DNA of 64,000 bases from NCBI GenBank assembly GCA_965208675.1, contig OZ242351.1, forward strand, positions 1,600,001 to 1,664,000, in the 5' to 3' direction. The notes beneath the pieces were generated by a model. That model was not told the origin of the DNA, did no database searches, and saw only the letters and a program-made list of their open reading frames with translations. Below, one piece after another: positions 43,169-52,824 of this stretch. Position numbers and translations under genes: made by a program. Source of the stretch: Candidatus Poribacteria bacterium (GTDB lineage Bacteria; Poribacteria; WGA-4E; PCPOR2b). The number at the start of each line of letters is the position of its first letter. Position 1 is the stretch's first letter.

Positions 43169-44173
43169 TCAAAATTCGTCTAATTGAACAATTCGATGTT
43201 CATCGTAGGATTTTCGCGCCGCTAATGCCATCACAATTGACGCACGCCCGTCAACGCCCCCCACAAGCGGTTGTGTATCCTTCTGAATCGAAGTGATGAA
43301 TGCTTTCATTTCAGCTAAATATGACGCTTGGTATCGTTCGATGAAAAAGTATAACGGCTGTGCACTGTGAATCCCGCTTGTGTCGGCATGAATATGGGTA
43401 TCTGTCGTGTTGTTTTCAATGCGCATCATACCCGCGTCGCCGAATACCTCTAGCCGCTGATCGTACCCGTACACTGCCTGGTAACTGTTATCAATGGTTC
43501 CAATTGCGCCATTGGCAAATCGAATCGTGATGACTACCGTATCAAGATCGCCGGACGCCGTAAAATCCGAGTGAACTAACACTCCGCCTGTAGCGTAGAT
43601 TTCGACGGCCTCACTGCCCATGATGTACCGAGCCATATCAAAATCGTGAATTGACGTTTCCAAAAAAACGCCGCCCCATGTGCGCACGTAATCTGGCGAC
43701 GGCGGTTCAGGATCGCGGCTCGTGATGCGCAAGACATGGGGTGTACCGACTTTGCCCGCATTTACCATTTTCCACACCCGATGGAAGTTGACATCAAAGC
43801 GTCGATTAAAGCCAATCTGTAACTTCACTCCCGTTTTTTCAACCGCTGCCAATGCCAAATCGATTGCTTTAAGGTCAAATCCAATCGGCTTCTCACAGAA
43901 AATGTGCTTCGATGCTACAGCTGATTCTCGAATAATCTGTGGATGAGTTGGGGAGGGTGAACAGATGACTACCGCGTGAATTGTTGGGTCAGTTAGGATT
44001 TCTCCATAATCTGATAACGCACTCGGAATCCGGAACTGTTCGGCCGCCTCTTCTGCCGCCTGTACACGAGTGTCCGCCACAGCTACCACATCGGCATCAG
44101 GAATTTGGTGCGTGATATTTTCAAGGTGAATTCTGCTCATACGTCCGGCACCGATGACCCCAATTCTTAACAT
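43169..44173 (-). CDS. iolG: Inositol 2-dehydrogenase-like Gfo/Idh/MocA oxidoreductase
   Basis: IGAGRM, HIFCEKP, IGFNRRFD, ITSRDP, IHDFD, YGYDQRLEVFG, FFIERY. Confidence 0.8.
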   Translation of the reverse strand: MLRIGVIGAGRMSRIHLENITHQIPDADVVAVADTRVQAAEEAAEQFRIPSALSDYGEILTDPTIHAVVICSPSPTHPQIIRESAVASKHIFCEKPIGFDLKAIDLALAAVEKTGVKLQIGFNRRFDVNFHRVWKMVNAGKVGTPHVLRITSRDPEPPSPDYVRTWGGVFLETSIHDFDMARYIMGSEAVEIYATGGVLVHSDFTASGDLDTVVITIRFANGAIGTIDNSYQAVYGYDQRLEVFGDAGMMRIENNTTDTHIHADTSGIHSAQPLYFFIERYQASYLAEMKAFITSIQKDTQPLVGGVDGRASIVMALAARKSYDEHRIVQLDEF

Positions 44174-44263
44174 TTAAAATCCTCCGCAACTCACATCGTA
44201 CGCGGGAAATCCTGCCCCGATACAATCGTCGAAAGCCGGGCATCATTCACCGCTAGACCCGCC

Positions 44264-44286
44264 GTAGGCGGGGCATCTTGCCCCGC
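44264..44286 (+). repeat. GTAG-type REP palindrome
   Basis: GTAG followed by GCGGGGCA-TCT-TGCCCCGC; a degenerate copy lies near 44198-44220. Confidence 0.55.
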
Positions 44287-44517
44287 ATTGCTAATGCAAT
44301 TTTGATAATTTTCTAACCATACTCACCTTGAAGATCTGTACAGCTTGCCAGCCAAAGCAAAAAGGGGTTTTTCGACAATAAGGCCGAATCAAGCGGGTTC
44401 TTTCGACATGAAAGTTCAAAATTGCGATAATGGCGTATACAACGGTTGTTTTTCAAGGCGGGTTTTACTCGGTGAGCTGAAGTTTGGGTGCAGGTAAGTC
44501 CTTATGCAGCAACGCTT

Positions 44518-45483
44518 TTAGAGATTTATCTGTTTCCCTTTTGCAAATGAATCACTTGCCGCCATCGTAAGGCGGGTGGTCTGAAGTGCATCGCTATAAG
44601 TTGAACGGATTTTGGAGGCATCTCCACTTTGAACGGCGTCAATAAAAACACGGTCTTCGCGCAGGTATCCATCTGAACTATTTTCCCATGTCTCAGTGCT
44701 GCCGGAGCGATTGATACTGACAGAACTTCCATTTACTTCGACGAATACATCGCGGCAAAAAACTTCAAGCTTTATCCGTCCCCAAGCTGGCAATATGCAC
44801 GCCGAAGTAATGTTCGCAACCGCACCGTTTGCAAATCCAATATTAACCACGCTCATGTCATCAATGTCGTAGTTGGGAATATCGCTCATGCTCCCCTTTG
44901 CGGCGAACCCGTGTACGGAAATGGCTTCGCTGCCGACAAGGTAACGGCAAAGATCGAAAATGTGCGTTGTCTGTTCAACGTGTTGACCCCCTGACTGCGC
45001 TCGCACCCGCCACCATCCAACCCCCGGCATGCCGCCCATCCAATAGCCCAATGCCCCAACGATTTGCTCGTCTTTTAGGGCGGATTGCGCCCGCTCTACA
45101 TTCCCTTGGTATCGCCAATGGTAACCGACGCTGGTAATAATCCCGCTTCTTTCGATGGCTTCGTGAATTTCAATCGCCTGCTCCAATCGTACGGCAATCG
45201 GTTTTTCGACAAAAAAGGGAATCCCCAAATCACAAGAAATCTGCTCCTGTTCGCCGTGCGCAAAGGGAGGCGTACAGATGTAAACCGCGTCAAGTTCTTC
45301 TTTGTCGAACATCTCTTTATAGTCGGTATAGGGTGTTGCTCCAAATTCCTCCGCTCTTCGCTCGGCTTGCTTCTCTAAAATGTCGCACATCGCGGTGAGT
45401 TGAACATCCTGGAATCCTGCTAGATTTTCCAGATGGCCGCCCGCCATATGCCCCACGCCGATTGCGCCGACTTTAACTTGCAC
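44518..45483 (-). CDS. Gfo/Idh/MocA family oxidoreductase
   Basis: IGVGHMA, FVEKPI, VGYHWRY, SGGQHVEQTTHIFD. Confidence 0.9.
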   Translation of the reverse strand: MQVKVGAIGVGHMAGGHLENLAGFQDVQLTAMCDILEKQAERRAEEFGATPYTDYKEMFDKEELDAVYICTPPFAHGEQEQISCDLGIPFFVEKPIAVRLEQAIEIHEAIERSGIITSVGYHWRYQGNVERAQSALKDEQIVGALGYWMGGMPGVGWWRVRAQSGGQHVEQTTHIFDLCRYLVGSEAISVHGFAAKGSMSDIPNYDIDDMSVVNIGFANGAVANITSACILPAWGRIKLEVFCRDVFVEVNGSSVSINRSGSTETWENSSDGYLREDRVFIDAVQSGDASKIRSTYSDALQTTRLTMAASDSFAKGKQINL

Positions 45484-45487
45484 CCGC

Positions 45488-46300
45488 TTATTTCCTCCGC
45501 TGCAGCCACTGCTTCATGTATTGCGCCGATTTTAGCAACTCCACCTCACCTGGTCCAGGCACACTGCATTCAAGCACCATATGGTGTTGATAGTCAATCT
45601 TTCGTAACGCCTTAAAACCTGATTTGAAATCCGTATGACCGTAACCAGGAGGTTCACGAGTGCTGTCAGCCAAATGAACATGTTTTATGTAATCGCTGTT
45701 GGCTTTGATACTGTCTGCAATATTCCGTTCCTCAATGCTCATGTGGAAAAAGTCCGCCATAATTGCAACATTCGGGTTGTTTACTTGCTTGCAGATTTCA
45801 ACGCCGTCGGCCAGGGTTCGCATATAGTGAGTTTCGTAGCGATTCAGCGGTTCCAAGAGGATTATGGAACCAACCTCTTGGGCATACCCGCCAAGATCTT
45901 TTAGGAGGTGGACAAGCAACTCAGTCTCAAGCTGCCGCGCAGATTTGTAAGGGCTCAAATCCTGGATTCGCGGCGTGCCAAACGCGGGGACAACAACCAG
46001 TCCGATGGCGCCGATATTTGCAGCCGCCTTGAGTAATGTACGAATTCCTGCAACCGTTCTGCCGCGTTCATGCGGATCGCTGTCCAACAACATGCCTGGA
46101 TACCCTGCACAGACTGCGCTCGGTTTGACCGGGTGATTCTCCGTAGCCTTAATGATTTCATCTTGACGCTTCTCTAAATCGCCGCCGCCAAACTCAATGC
46201 CCTCATAGCCGTATGCCGCAAGATTATCTAGTTTTTCGGGAAGGTCTTTTCCCGGTACGAGCCCTTCTTGGCTTCCTAATTTCACTCGCTTTCCCTCCAT
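45488..46300 (-). CDS. Sugar phosphate isomerase/epimerase (xylose isomerase-like TIM barrel)
   Basis: LEPLNRYE, DFFHM.IEE, HVHLADS.R..PG.GH.DF. Confidence 0.9.
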   Translation of the reverse strand: MEGKRVKLGSQEGLVPGKDLPEKLDNLAAYGYEGIEFGGGDLEKRQDEIIKATENHPVKPSAVCAGYPGMLLDSDPHERGRTVAGIRTLLKAAANIGAIGLVVVPAFGTPRIQDLSPYKSARQLETELLVHLLKDLGGYAQEVGSIILLEPLNRYETHYMRTLADGVEICKQVNNPNVAIMADFFHMSIEERNIADSIKANSDYIKHVHLADSTREPPGYGHTDFKSGFKALRKIDYQHHMVLECSVPGPGEVELLKSAQYMKQWLQRRK

Positions 46301-46857
46301 TCGAAAAATGATAGCACAGTATCGCCGTACGCTTCCTGTCTATTCACTATCAACCCTGTGGTTGACACCGTCGGCAGATTTAGTTCTTTGCTTCTTCGGT
46401 GTTCCGTAACGAGCCTCCCTGATCGAGAAAGTATTCGATTTTTAGCAACAAGTTCCAAGCAAGTGTTGTAGATATCGGCGTCATAAGGCGGGTCAAAGTA
46501 AATCAGATTGAATTCTGCTTGATGCCTTCCGAGGTAGTTCAGCCCTTTCTGGGCAGTCAGGTTGATGAGTTTTGCCTGTGGGTCGTTGCGGTAGATGCCG
46601 CACTGTTCCAGGTTGGCGGCAATCACCCGCATACAATGGTAATCGTGATCAATAAACGTTACCGATTTTGCTCCCCGGCTCAACGCTTCAATGCCGATGT
46701 TTCCTGTTCCTGCACAAAGATCTAGAAAATTAGCGCCGTTGACGCTTTCCCGAAGGATACTAAACAACGCACCTTTAACACGGTCCGAAGTCGGTCTTAT
46801 CTTTGCCCTTTTTACCGATAAACGCCTTCCCTTGAATGCTCCGGCGATGATTCTCAT
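46282..46857 (-). CDS. rsmD: 16S rRNA m2G966 methyltransferase
   Basis: MRIIAG.FKGR.L, RPTSDRVK.ALF, LDLCAGTG..GIEALSRGA, DPPY, YGDT. Confidence 0.95.
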   Translation of the reverse strand: MRIIAGAFKGRRLSVKRAKIRPTSDRVKGALFSILRESVNGANFLDLCAGTGNIGIEALSRGAKSVTFIDHDYHCMRVIAANLEQCGIYRNDPQAKLINLTAQKGLNYLGRHQAEFNLIYFDPPYDADIYNTCLELVAKNRILSRSGRLVTEHRRSKELNLPTVSTTGLIVNRQEAYGDTVLSFFEWRESE

Positions 46858-46911
46858 AGTGAGGACCTTGATGGCGATTTCAGGTTTTCAACGTGTAGCA
46901 AATATAGGCAG

Positions 46912-46940
46912 ATTATACTATAGCTAACCTTACACGTCAA
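46912..46940 (-). promoter_or_regulatory. Sigma70-type promoter of the rsmD operon
   Basis: TTGACG-N17-TATAAT on the minus strand. Confidence 0.7.
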
Positions 46941-47047
46941 CCCAAAATACTTGAGCTTTAACACATACCAATCGAGGTTGCAGACCGCCGTCGTTGAAGA
47001 GATATTAACAAGGGATTTGTAATGATTCGCCATTAATCACCTGAGAT

Positions 47048-48052
47048 TCAATTCCACGGCAGCGGTACATCCAACCGCTGGATTACTGCGCGCGCCGAAT
47101 CTTGCTCCACGTTGCCGTAGCGGATACCTTCACGCCGATGTGTCTGGAAACGCTCTTCCTCAATGGCGCCGGGAAGCAGCGCGCGCTCGGTGCCGGGCAT
47201 CGGTTCATAAGTTTCCCGCACATCACGCACGTACCTATCCACTTCCGTGTGGAAAACCGCCTCGGGAACGACGGTATCCACATGGATGGCAAGCACCATT
47301 CCGCCAAGTTGGGCATCCCGCCAATGTTGCACATTTGAATTAGCAGGAGGAATCGTAAAGCCCGTTAAACCGCCGCCGAGTAAACTCGCCACAGCGACGT
47401 AGCCGATACTCTTGAAAAATGCAGCGGGAATTTTAGAGAGCAGCTCATCAAACTCGGCGCCGCGCTGGTAATCCGCTAGGATACACGCCGCTGCGTCAAG
47501 CACCAGTGGCGGTTCGTCCGCCGAGGGTATGGCAAAGCAGATTGGCGGGTTACCGATATAGCCAAGCTGGGGCTTTACTTCCTGTCCACCTGCGTTCCCG
47601 TGATCTTGGTACCCCTGCACCGAAAAACCGATGCATCCCTCATCCATACACATTCGCGCGTAATGCCCCGCTGATCCGTAGTGGCCTATGTGCCGCACCA
47701 GCCCCATTCCGATGCCGACTTTCTTCGCCTTAACAATTGCCTTTTCGGTAGCACGAACCATCGGAAGATAACCCAGTGTTCCATCGCCGTGTAAAACCAC
47801 AGCGGTTGGAGTCTCGTGGAGAAGGCGAACGTCGGGTTCAGGATTAATGTGCCCATTCTCGAAACTACTGCAGTATCCATTGACCAACCGCGTCCCATGA
47901 CTGCGCACGCCGCGGAGATCGGAATTTACGAGCAATCGGCTAATCAAAGCCGCATGATTTTTGTCCAGTCCAACCTTCTCAAAACAAGCCGTGGAAAAGG
48001 CAAGGAGATTGTCTTCCTGAACTCGAATGAAAGTTTCTGGCGGTTGATTCAT
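47048..48052 (-). CDS. Ldh_2 family oxidoreductase (malate/L-lactate/ureidoglycolate dehydrogenase-like)
   Basis: DLRGVRSHG, HYGSAGHY, IGNPPICFAIP, LPG..E. Confidence 0.88.
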   Translation of the reverse strand: MNQPPETFIRVQEDNLLAFSTACFEKVGLDKNHAALISRLLVNSDLRGVRSHGTRLVNGYCSSFENGHINPEPDVRLLHETPTAVVLHGDGTLGYLPMVRATEKAIVKAKKVGIGMGLVRHIGHYGSAGHYARMCMDEGCIGFSVQGYQDHGNAGGQEVKPQLGYIGNPPICFAIPSADEPPLVLDAAACILADYQRGAEFDELLSKIPAAFFKSIGYVAVASLLGGGLTGFTIPPANSNVQHWRDAQLGGMVLAIHVDTVVPEAVFHTEVDRYVRDVRETYEPMPGTERALLPGAIEEERFQTHRREGIRYGNVEQDSARAVIQRLDVPLPWN

Positions 48053-48292
48053 TGATGCTACCTCTTAAAGTAAAGGGTGAAATAAAACCTTGCGGCATGT
48101 ACAACGGTGTGACCAGTATGGGTGGTGTATCACAGCGGCTGGGTAAAGCGTTACCTTGGGCACGGTAACAGAGACGCTATCTGCACTTTGCTCAAAATGA
48201 AGCGCAATCTAATCTGGCTCAACCGAAATTGCCGACGACCTTAATTCCCCCATTGCGGAGTTGCGCCCTCCGCCGCAGCTATTTCCGTTTCA

Positions 48293-49438
48293 CTAAGGCC
48301 CTTCCTCATAAAACTCGCGCAAGCGCCGCTTGGGCAATTCTCGGTACGGACGGTGCGCTAATGCTGCTTCGTCCAATTCAAGTCCGAGACCGGCACCTGT
48401 TGGGAGTTGGACATAACCGTCCTTAACTTTAATGGGATTGACCGAAATCTCATCACCGCAAACCGTGAAGTTGACAAAATATTCAGTAATCAGGAAGTTG
48501 GGCATTACAGCACACGCTTGTAGTGTTGCAGCGAGTCCTACCGTTGTGCTGTTGTAATTGTGCGGCGCCATCGTAACTAAATACGGCTCAGCCATCGCCG
48601 CGATTTCTTTAAGTTCTAATATACCTCCGCAGTTGCAAACATCGGGATTGAGGATGTCGGCTGCATTTTTCTCGAAGACCTCTCGAAACTCCCCTTTCGT
48701 GTAGAGTTCTGCACCGGTCACAACGGGCAGGTTTACAGCGCGTCGGACTTCGGCTAGTGCATTAACGCTTCGCGCAGAGACTGGCTCTTCATACCAAAAC
48801 GGGTTGAATTCCTCCAGTACACGGGCGAGGCGGATGGCGTGCATCGGGGCGAGCCGGCGGTGTACCTCGATTAGCAGCTCCACATCCGGCCCCACGGCGT
48901 CTCGTACAGCGCGAACGCATTCGACAGCCGCGGCTTCATCTTCACGGCTGAGATGCGTCCGCCAAGCGCCTGGAAACGGATCGAATTTCATGGCGTTGAA
49001 CCCCTGTTCTACCAATCGTGCAGCACGTTCAGCGTTCGCCTCAATCGTTCGCCCGCTCCACCCGTTGGCGTAAACTCGAATCTTGTCCCGGCATGCCCCG
49101 CCCAGCAGGTTGTAGACGGGCGTGTTCAACGCTTTGCCTACAATGTCCCAGAGTGCTTGCTCGATACCGCTGATTGCGCAGTAGAGGTCCATGGCCCCCC
49201 GCTTATTCGCGAAGTCGTGATATGCCATGAAAGTAAAATGCTTGATGTTGAAAGGACTCCGCGCAATAAGGTAACGTGAAAGCTCCTGAACGTAGATTTC
49301 GATCGCCCGATCTCGGTCAGACTGCGTGTAACATTCACCCCATCCAAAAATCCCTTCGTCGGTCTCCACCTTTACAAATAGCCAGTTTTTCTCCTGCCCA
49401 GGGTGTACGAGAAATGTCCGGACTTTTGTTATCTTCAT
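48293..49438 (-). CDS. Mandelate racemase/galactonate dehydratase-like enzyme (enolase superfamily)
   Basis: WLFVKVETDEG..GWGE, SGIEQALWDI.GK, YANGW, KFDPF, EVH, YEEP, PHN. Confidence 0.9.
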   Translation of the reverse strand: MKITKVRTFLVHPGQEKNWLFVKVETDEGIFGWGECYTQSDRDRAIEIYVQELSRYLIARSPFNIKHFTFMAYHDFANKRGAMDLYCAISGIEQALWDIVGKALNTPVYNLLGGACRDKIRVYANGWSGRTIEANAERAARLVEQGFNAMKFDPFPGAWRTHLSREDEAAAVECVRAVRDAVGPDVELLIEVHRRLAPMHAIRLARVLEEFNPFWYEEPVSARSVNALAEVRRAVNLPVVTGAELYTKGEFREVFEKNAADILNPDVCNCGGILELKEIAAMAEPYLVTMAPHNYNSTTVGLAATLQACAVMPNFLITEYFVNFTVCGDEISVNPIKVKDGYVQLPTGAGLGLELDEAALAHRPYRELPKRRLREFYEEGP

Positions 49439-49639
49439 CTCGCGCCTCTTTCTATGCCGATGATAGGCGTTATTTTAGCAAATTTTCTACCCTGTAGCAA
49501 GAGCAACCGCGGTTTCCTTCACAGCAGTTTTCGCTTGATTTAGTAAGGTGTTCATGATAAGATGAAACGTATTCAAAAGGCCAATTCACAACGACAAATT
49601 GTAGCGAGACCAATCAATTTTTTCAGGTAGAAGCAGAAC

Positions 49640-49975
49640 ATGAAACACAACAAATTGGTGAGAGACAAAATTCCCGATATCATCCGGGGAAATGGCGACA
49701 AGCCCGTAACCCGTAAATTGGATGCCAATTCGTTCAAACGCGAGTTATGGAGGAAGTTACAAGAAGAAATTGCAGAATTCTTGGAATCACAAAAAGTAGA
49801 GGAACTGGTTGACATCCTCGAAGTCGTGTATACCTTAGCTAGTCTTGAAGGCATCTGCTCATCCCAACTAGAGGAAATGAGAAAGCAGAAACGAGGCGAA
49901 AACGGCGGATTTGATAATCAGATTTTTCTTGTGGAAACGAATTTAGCACAGGACACGCAGCATGTTGTTGCTTAA
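49640..49975 (+). CDS. MazG-like nucleoside triphosphate pyrophosphohydrolase
   Basis: KLVRDKIPDII, KLQEE..EF, EELVDILEV, KR...GGF. Confidence 0.88.
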   Translation: MKHNKLVRDKIPDIIRGNGDKPVTRKLDANSFKRELWRKLQEEIAEFLESQKVEELVDILEVVYTLASLEGICSSQLEEMRKQKRGENGGFDNQIFLVETNLAQDTQHVVA

Positions 49976-50259
49976 CCATTTTCGCAGATGGACTTAATCT
50001 ACAGATTGGGAAGGTTAAATGCCTGGATCGTTCAAAATCGGGCATTTCAAGCGTTTCCAACGGTATCACATTCGTATGCGGAAAACGGGAAAACCGCAAA
50101 CTCCGTACCAAGACAGGCGGCAAATTCAGGGCAAAATGTATGCGCTGACTTTGCTAATTAAGAGGAAGTATTTTTTAGACTTCGTTTTGCCAAAAGTGTT
50201 GAGTGGGTTTATTCTTCTTGATTCGATTTCTCAGTCGCAAGATATAGGACAATTCCAAA

Positions 50260-50997
50260 ATGAAATCCATAGGGGTTATTCCCGCACGCTACGCGTCAAG
50301 TCGGTTCGAAGGTAAGGCGCTGGCGGACATTTTTGGCAAGCCGATGGTGCAGCACGTGTATGAACGGGCGTCGCGTGCAAAGACGCTGAACGGGGTCATT
50401 GTCGCAACCGACGATAAGCGCATTTACGATGCAGTCGCTGGCTTCGGCGGAGAGGTCCTCATGACCGCACCGAATTGCCCCACTGGAACAGAGCGGGTTG
50501 CCATGGTTGCGGAAATGCTGGATTGCGATGTCGTCGCCAACATTCAAGGCGATGAGCCGCTGCTTGAGCCAGCCATGATTGACCAACTCATCCAACCCTT
50601 TCTAGATAATCCCGCCGTAGAAGTGAGTACGCTGAAACAGAGAGTTGAAAATGAAGCCGATTACCGGGATCCCAACGTTGTAAAACTTGTAACAAGCCTT
50701 GATGGATTCGCGCTTTATTTTTCGCGAGGTGCTGTCCCCGGTAATCTGTCGAATAAATGGATACAAACCAACCCAATTTTTCGGCATGTGGGGCTTTACG
50801 CCTACCGCCGGAAAACGCTCCTCTCGTTCACAAAATGGGATCGGACGCCGTGTGAAATCTCGGAAGGATTGGAACAGTTGCGCTTTCTTGAACACAGTGT
50901 ACGCATTCGTGTTGTCGAAACGGAATATCCCACGATTGGCGTTGATACACCGGCCGATCTAGAGCGTGTAATTTCAATCTTGAAATCGTGCAAGTAA
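50260..50997 (+). CDS. kdsB: CMP-KDO synthetase
   Basis: IPARYASSRFEGKAL, VATDD, GTER, NIQGDEP, ALYFSR, H.GLYAY, LEQLR. Confidence 0.96.
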   Translation: MKSIGVIPARYASSRFEGKALADIFGKPMVQHVYERASRAKTLNGVIVATDDKRIYDAVAGFGGEVLMTAPNCPTGTERVAMVAEMLDCDVVANIQGDEPLLEPAMIDQLIQPFLDNPAVEVSTLKQRVENEADYRDPNVVKLVTSLDGFALYFSRGAVPGNLSNKWIQTNPIFRHVGLYAYRRKTLLSFTKWDRTPCEISEGLEQLRFLEHSVRIRVVETEYPTIGVDTPADLERVISILKSCK

Positions 50998-51138
50998 ATC
51001 ACGTAATTAGCATTACTTAAATATCTGTGTTGTGCAGTTTGACCGAGTAAAATGGACTAATGAGAGTAGGTATTTTTTTGAGTGTTGGGTAAACGGAAGG
51101 AAAGGCTCAAAAACGGACAAGGGAAAGAGGTTAATGAA

Positions 51139-52746
51139 ATGGCAAGACATATTTTTGTTACTGGTGGCGTAATTTCCGGCATCGGAAAAGGAATTACAAC
51201 CGCATCTCTTGGACGCCTACTCATCAATCGCGGGTTCAAGGTTATGGCAATTAAAATTGACCCGTACCTTAATTTAGATGCCGGTACAATGAATCCGTTT
51301 GAACATGGTGAAGTGTTTGTGACGCGGGACGGTGCGGAAACCGATCTCGATCTCGGCAATTACGAGAGATTCACGGGAATTGACCTCAATCAAAACTCTT
51401 ATATTACCTCCGGCTCGGTATATAGCGAGGTGATTGCGAAAGAACGCCGCGGCGATTATCTCGGAAAAACCGTGCAACTGATTCCGCATCTCACTGATGA
51501 GATTAAGGGACGCATATATCAGCTGGGGCGTGACAACGACGCGGAAGTGATTATTACGGAGATTGGCGGAACCATCGGAGATTTTGAGACACCTCCGTTT
51601 GTAGAAGCTATTCGACAGATGGCGGTAGAGGTTGGCCGCGAGAATACGCTGTTCATTCATGTGTCGCTAATCTATACCCTTCCCAACGGCGAAAGCAAGA
51701 GCAAACCGACCCAACACAGCATCCGAACGTTGCAAGAGTACGGTATCCAACCCGATCTCCTAATTTGCCGCACAAGTCACCCCATAGAAGAGGGAATGCG
51801 AAAGAAAATTTCGCTCCTCTGTGGACTTCAGGAGGAGTACATCGTTGAAGGCCTCGACACCAATTTAGTCGATGAGATTCCGCTGAACTTTGAACGGCAA
51901 GGTATGGCGCATTTGGTGATAAAAAAATTACGGCTGGAAGATCGGCCGCCAATAAATACCGAGTGGGCAATGATGGTTGAAAAACTGAGATCCCCAAAAC
52001 AAAGCACCCGAATCGCAATCGTGGGCAAGTACGTGAAAGGTTCAGATACCTACCTCAGTGTACAAGAAGCGCTCAAGCACGGGGGAATTGCCAATGAGTC
52101 CGCCGTAAATATCAAGTGGATTGACTCTGAGACGCTAATTGATAACCAAAACTTCGCCGAACAATTCCAGGGAATCGACGGCATTCTCGTCCCCGGAGGG
52201 TTTGGTGTGCGAGGCATTGAAGGCATGATTATTGCCATTCGCTACGCCCATGAGAATAACATCCCCTTTTTCGGACTATGCCTCGGCATGCAGTGCATGG
52301 TGATCGAGTTTGCGCGGCATGTTGCGAATCTGAAGAACGCAAATAGTTCTGAATTTGATCCGGAAACGCCCCACCCCGTTATCGATTTGATGCTAGATCA
52401 GCAAGACAAATCCAATCTTGGCGGTACCATGCGGTTAGGGCTCTACCCGTGCGTCCTGAAGATGAACACCAAGAGCTATGCAGCCTACGGCCAACCGATC
52501 ATTCTTGAACGGCATCGCCATCGATACGAGCTGAATAATCGGTATCGGGATCAACTTGAATCAGAGGGGCTGTGTCTGAGCGGCTTATCTCCCGACGATA
52601 GCCTCGTTGAAATTGCTGAAGTCGCCGACCACCCTTGGATGGTCGGTTCCCAGTTTCACCCTGAATTTCAGTCCAAACCGCTGGTTCCCCACCCACTGTT
52701 TCGTGATTTCATTCAAGCCGCCTTACAGTATCAACAGGGTCGATAG
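51139..52746 (+). CDS. pyrG: CTP synthase
   Basis: FVTGGVISGIGKG, KIDPYLN.DAGTM, KPTQHS, GLCLGMQ, ERHRHRYE, QFHPE. Confidence 0.98.
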   Translation: MARHIFVTGGVISGIGKGITTASLGRLLINRGFKVMAIKIDPYLNLDAGTMNPFEHGEVFVTRDGAETDLDLGNYERFTGIDLNQNSYITSGSVYSEVIAKERRGDYLGKTVQLIPHLTDEIKGRIYQLGRDNDAEVIITEIGGTIGDFETPPFVEAIRQMAVEVGRENTLFIHVSLIYTLPNGESKSKPTQHSIRTLQEYGIQPDLLICRTSHPIEEGMRKKISLLCGLQEEYIVEGLDTNLVDEIPLNFERQGMAHLVIKKLRLEDRPPINTEWAMMVEKLRSPKQSTRIAIVGKYVKGSDTYLSVQEALKHGGIANESAVNIKWIDSETLIDNQNFAEQFQGIDGILVPGGFGVRGIEGMIIAIRYAHENNIPFFGLCLGMQCMVIEFARHVANLKNANSSEFDPETPHPVIDLMLDQQDKSNLGGTMRLGLYPCVLKMNTKSYAAYGQPIILERHRHRYELNNRYRDQLESEGLCLSGLSPDDSLVEIAEVADHPWMVGSQFHPEFQSKPLVPHPLFRDFIQAALQYQQGR

Positions 52747-52824
52747 TTTAAAATTAGCGGCCCCGTTAGACAACCTACACCCAAGCATGCGCCGTACCAG
52801 ATGAATCTTGGGAAATGAGGATAT

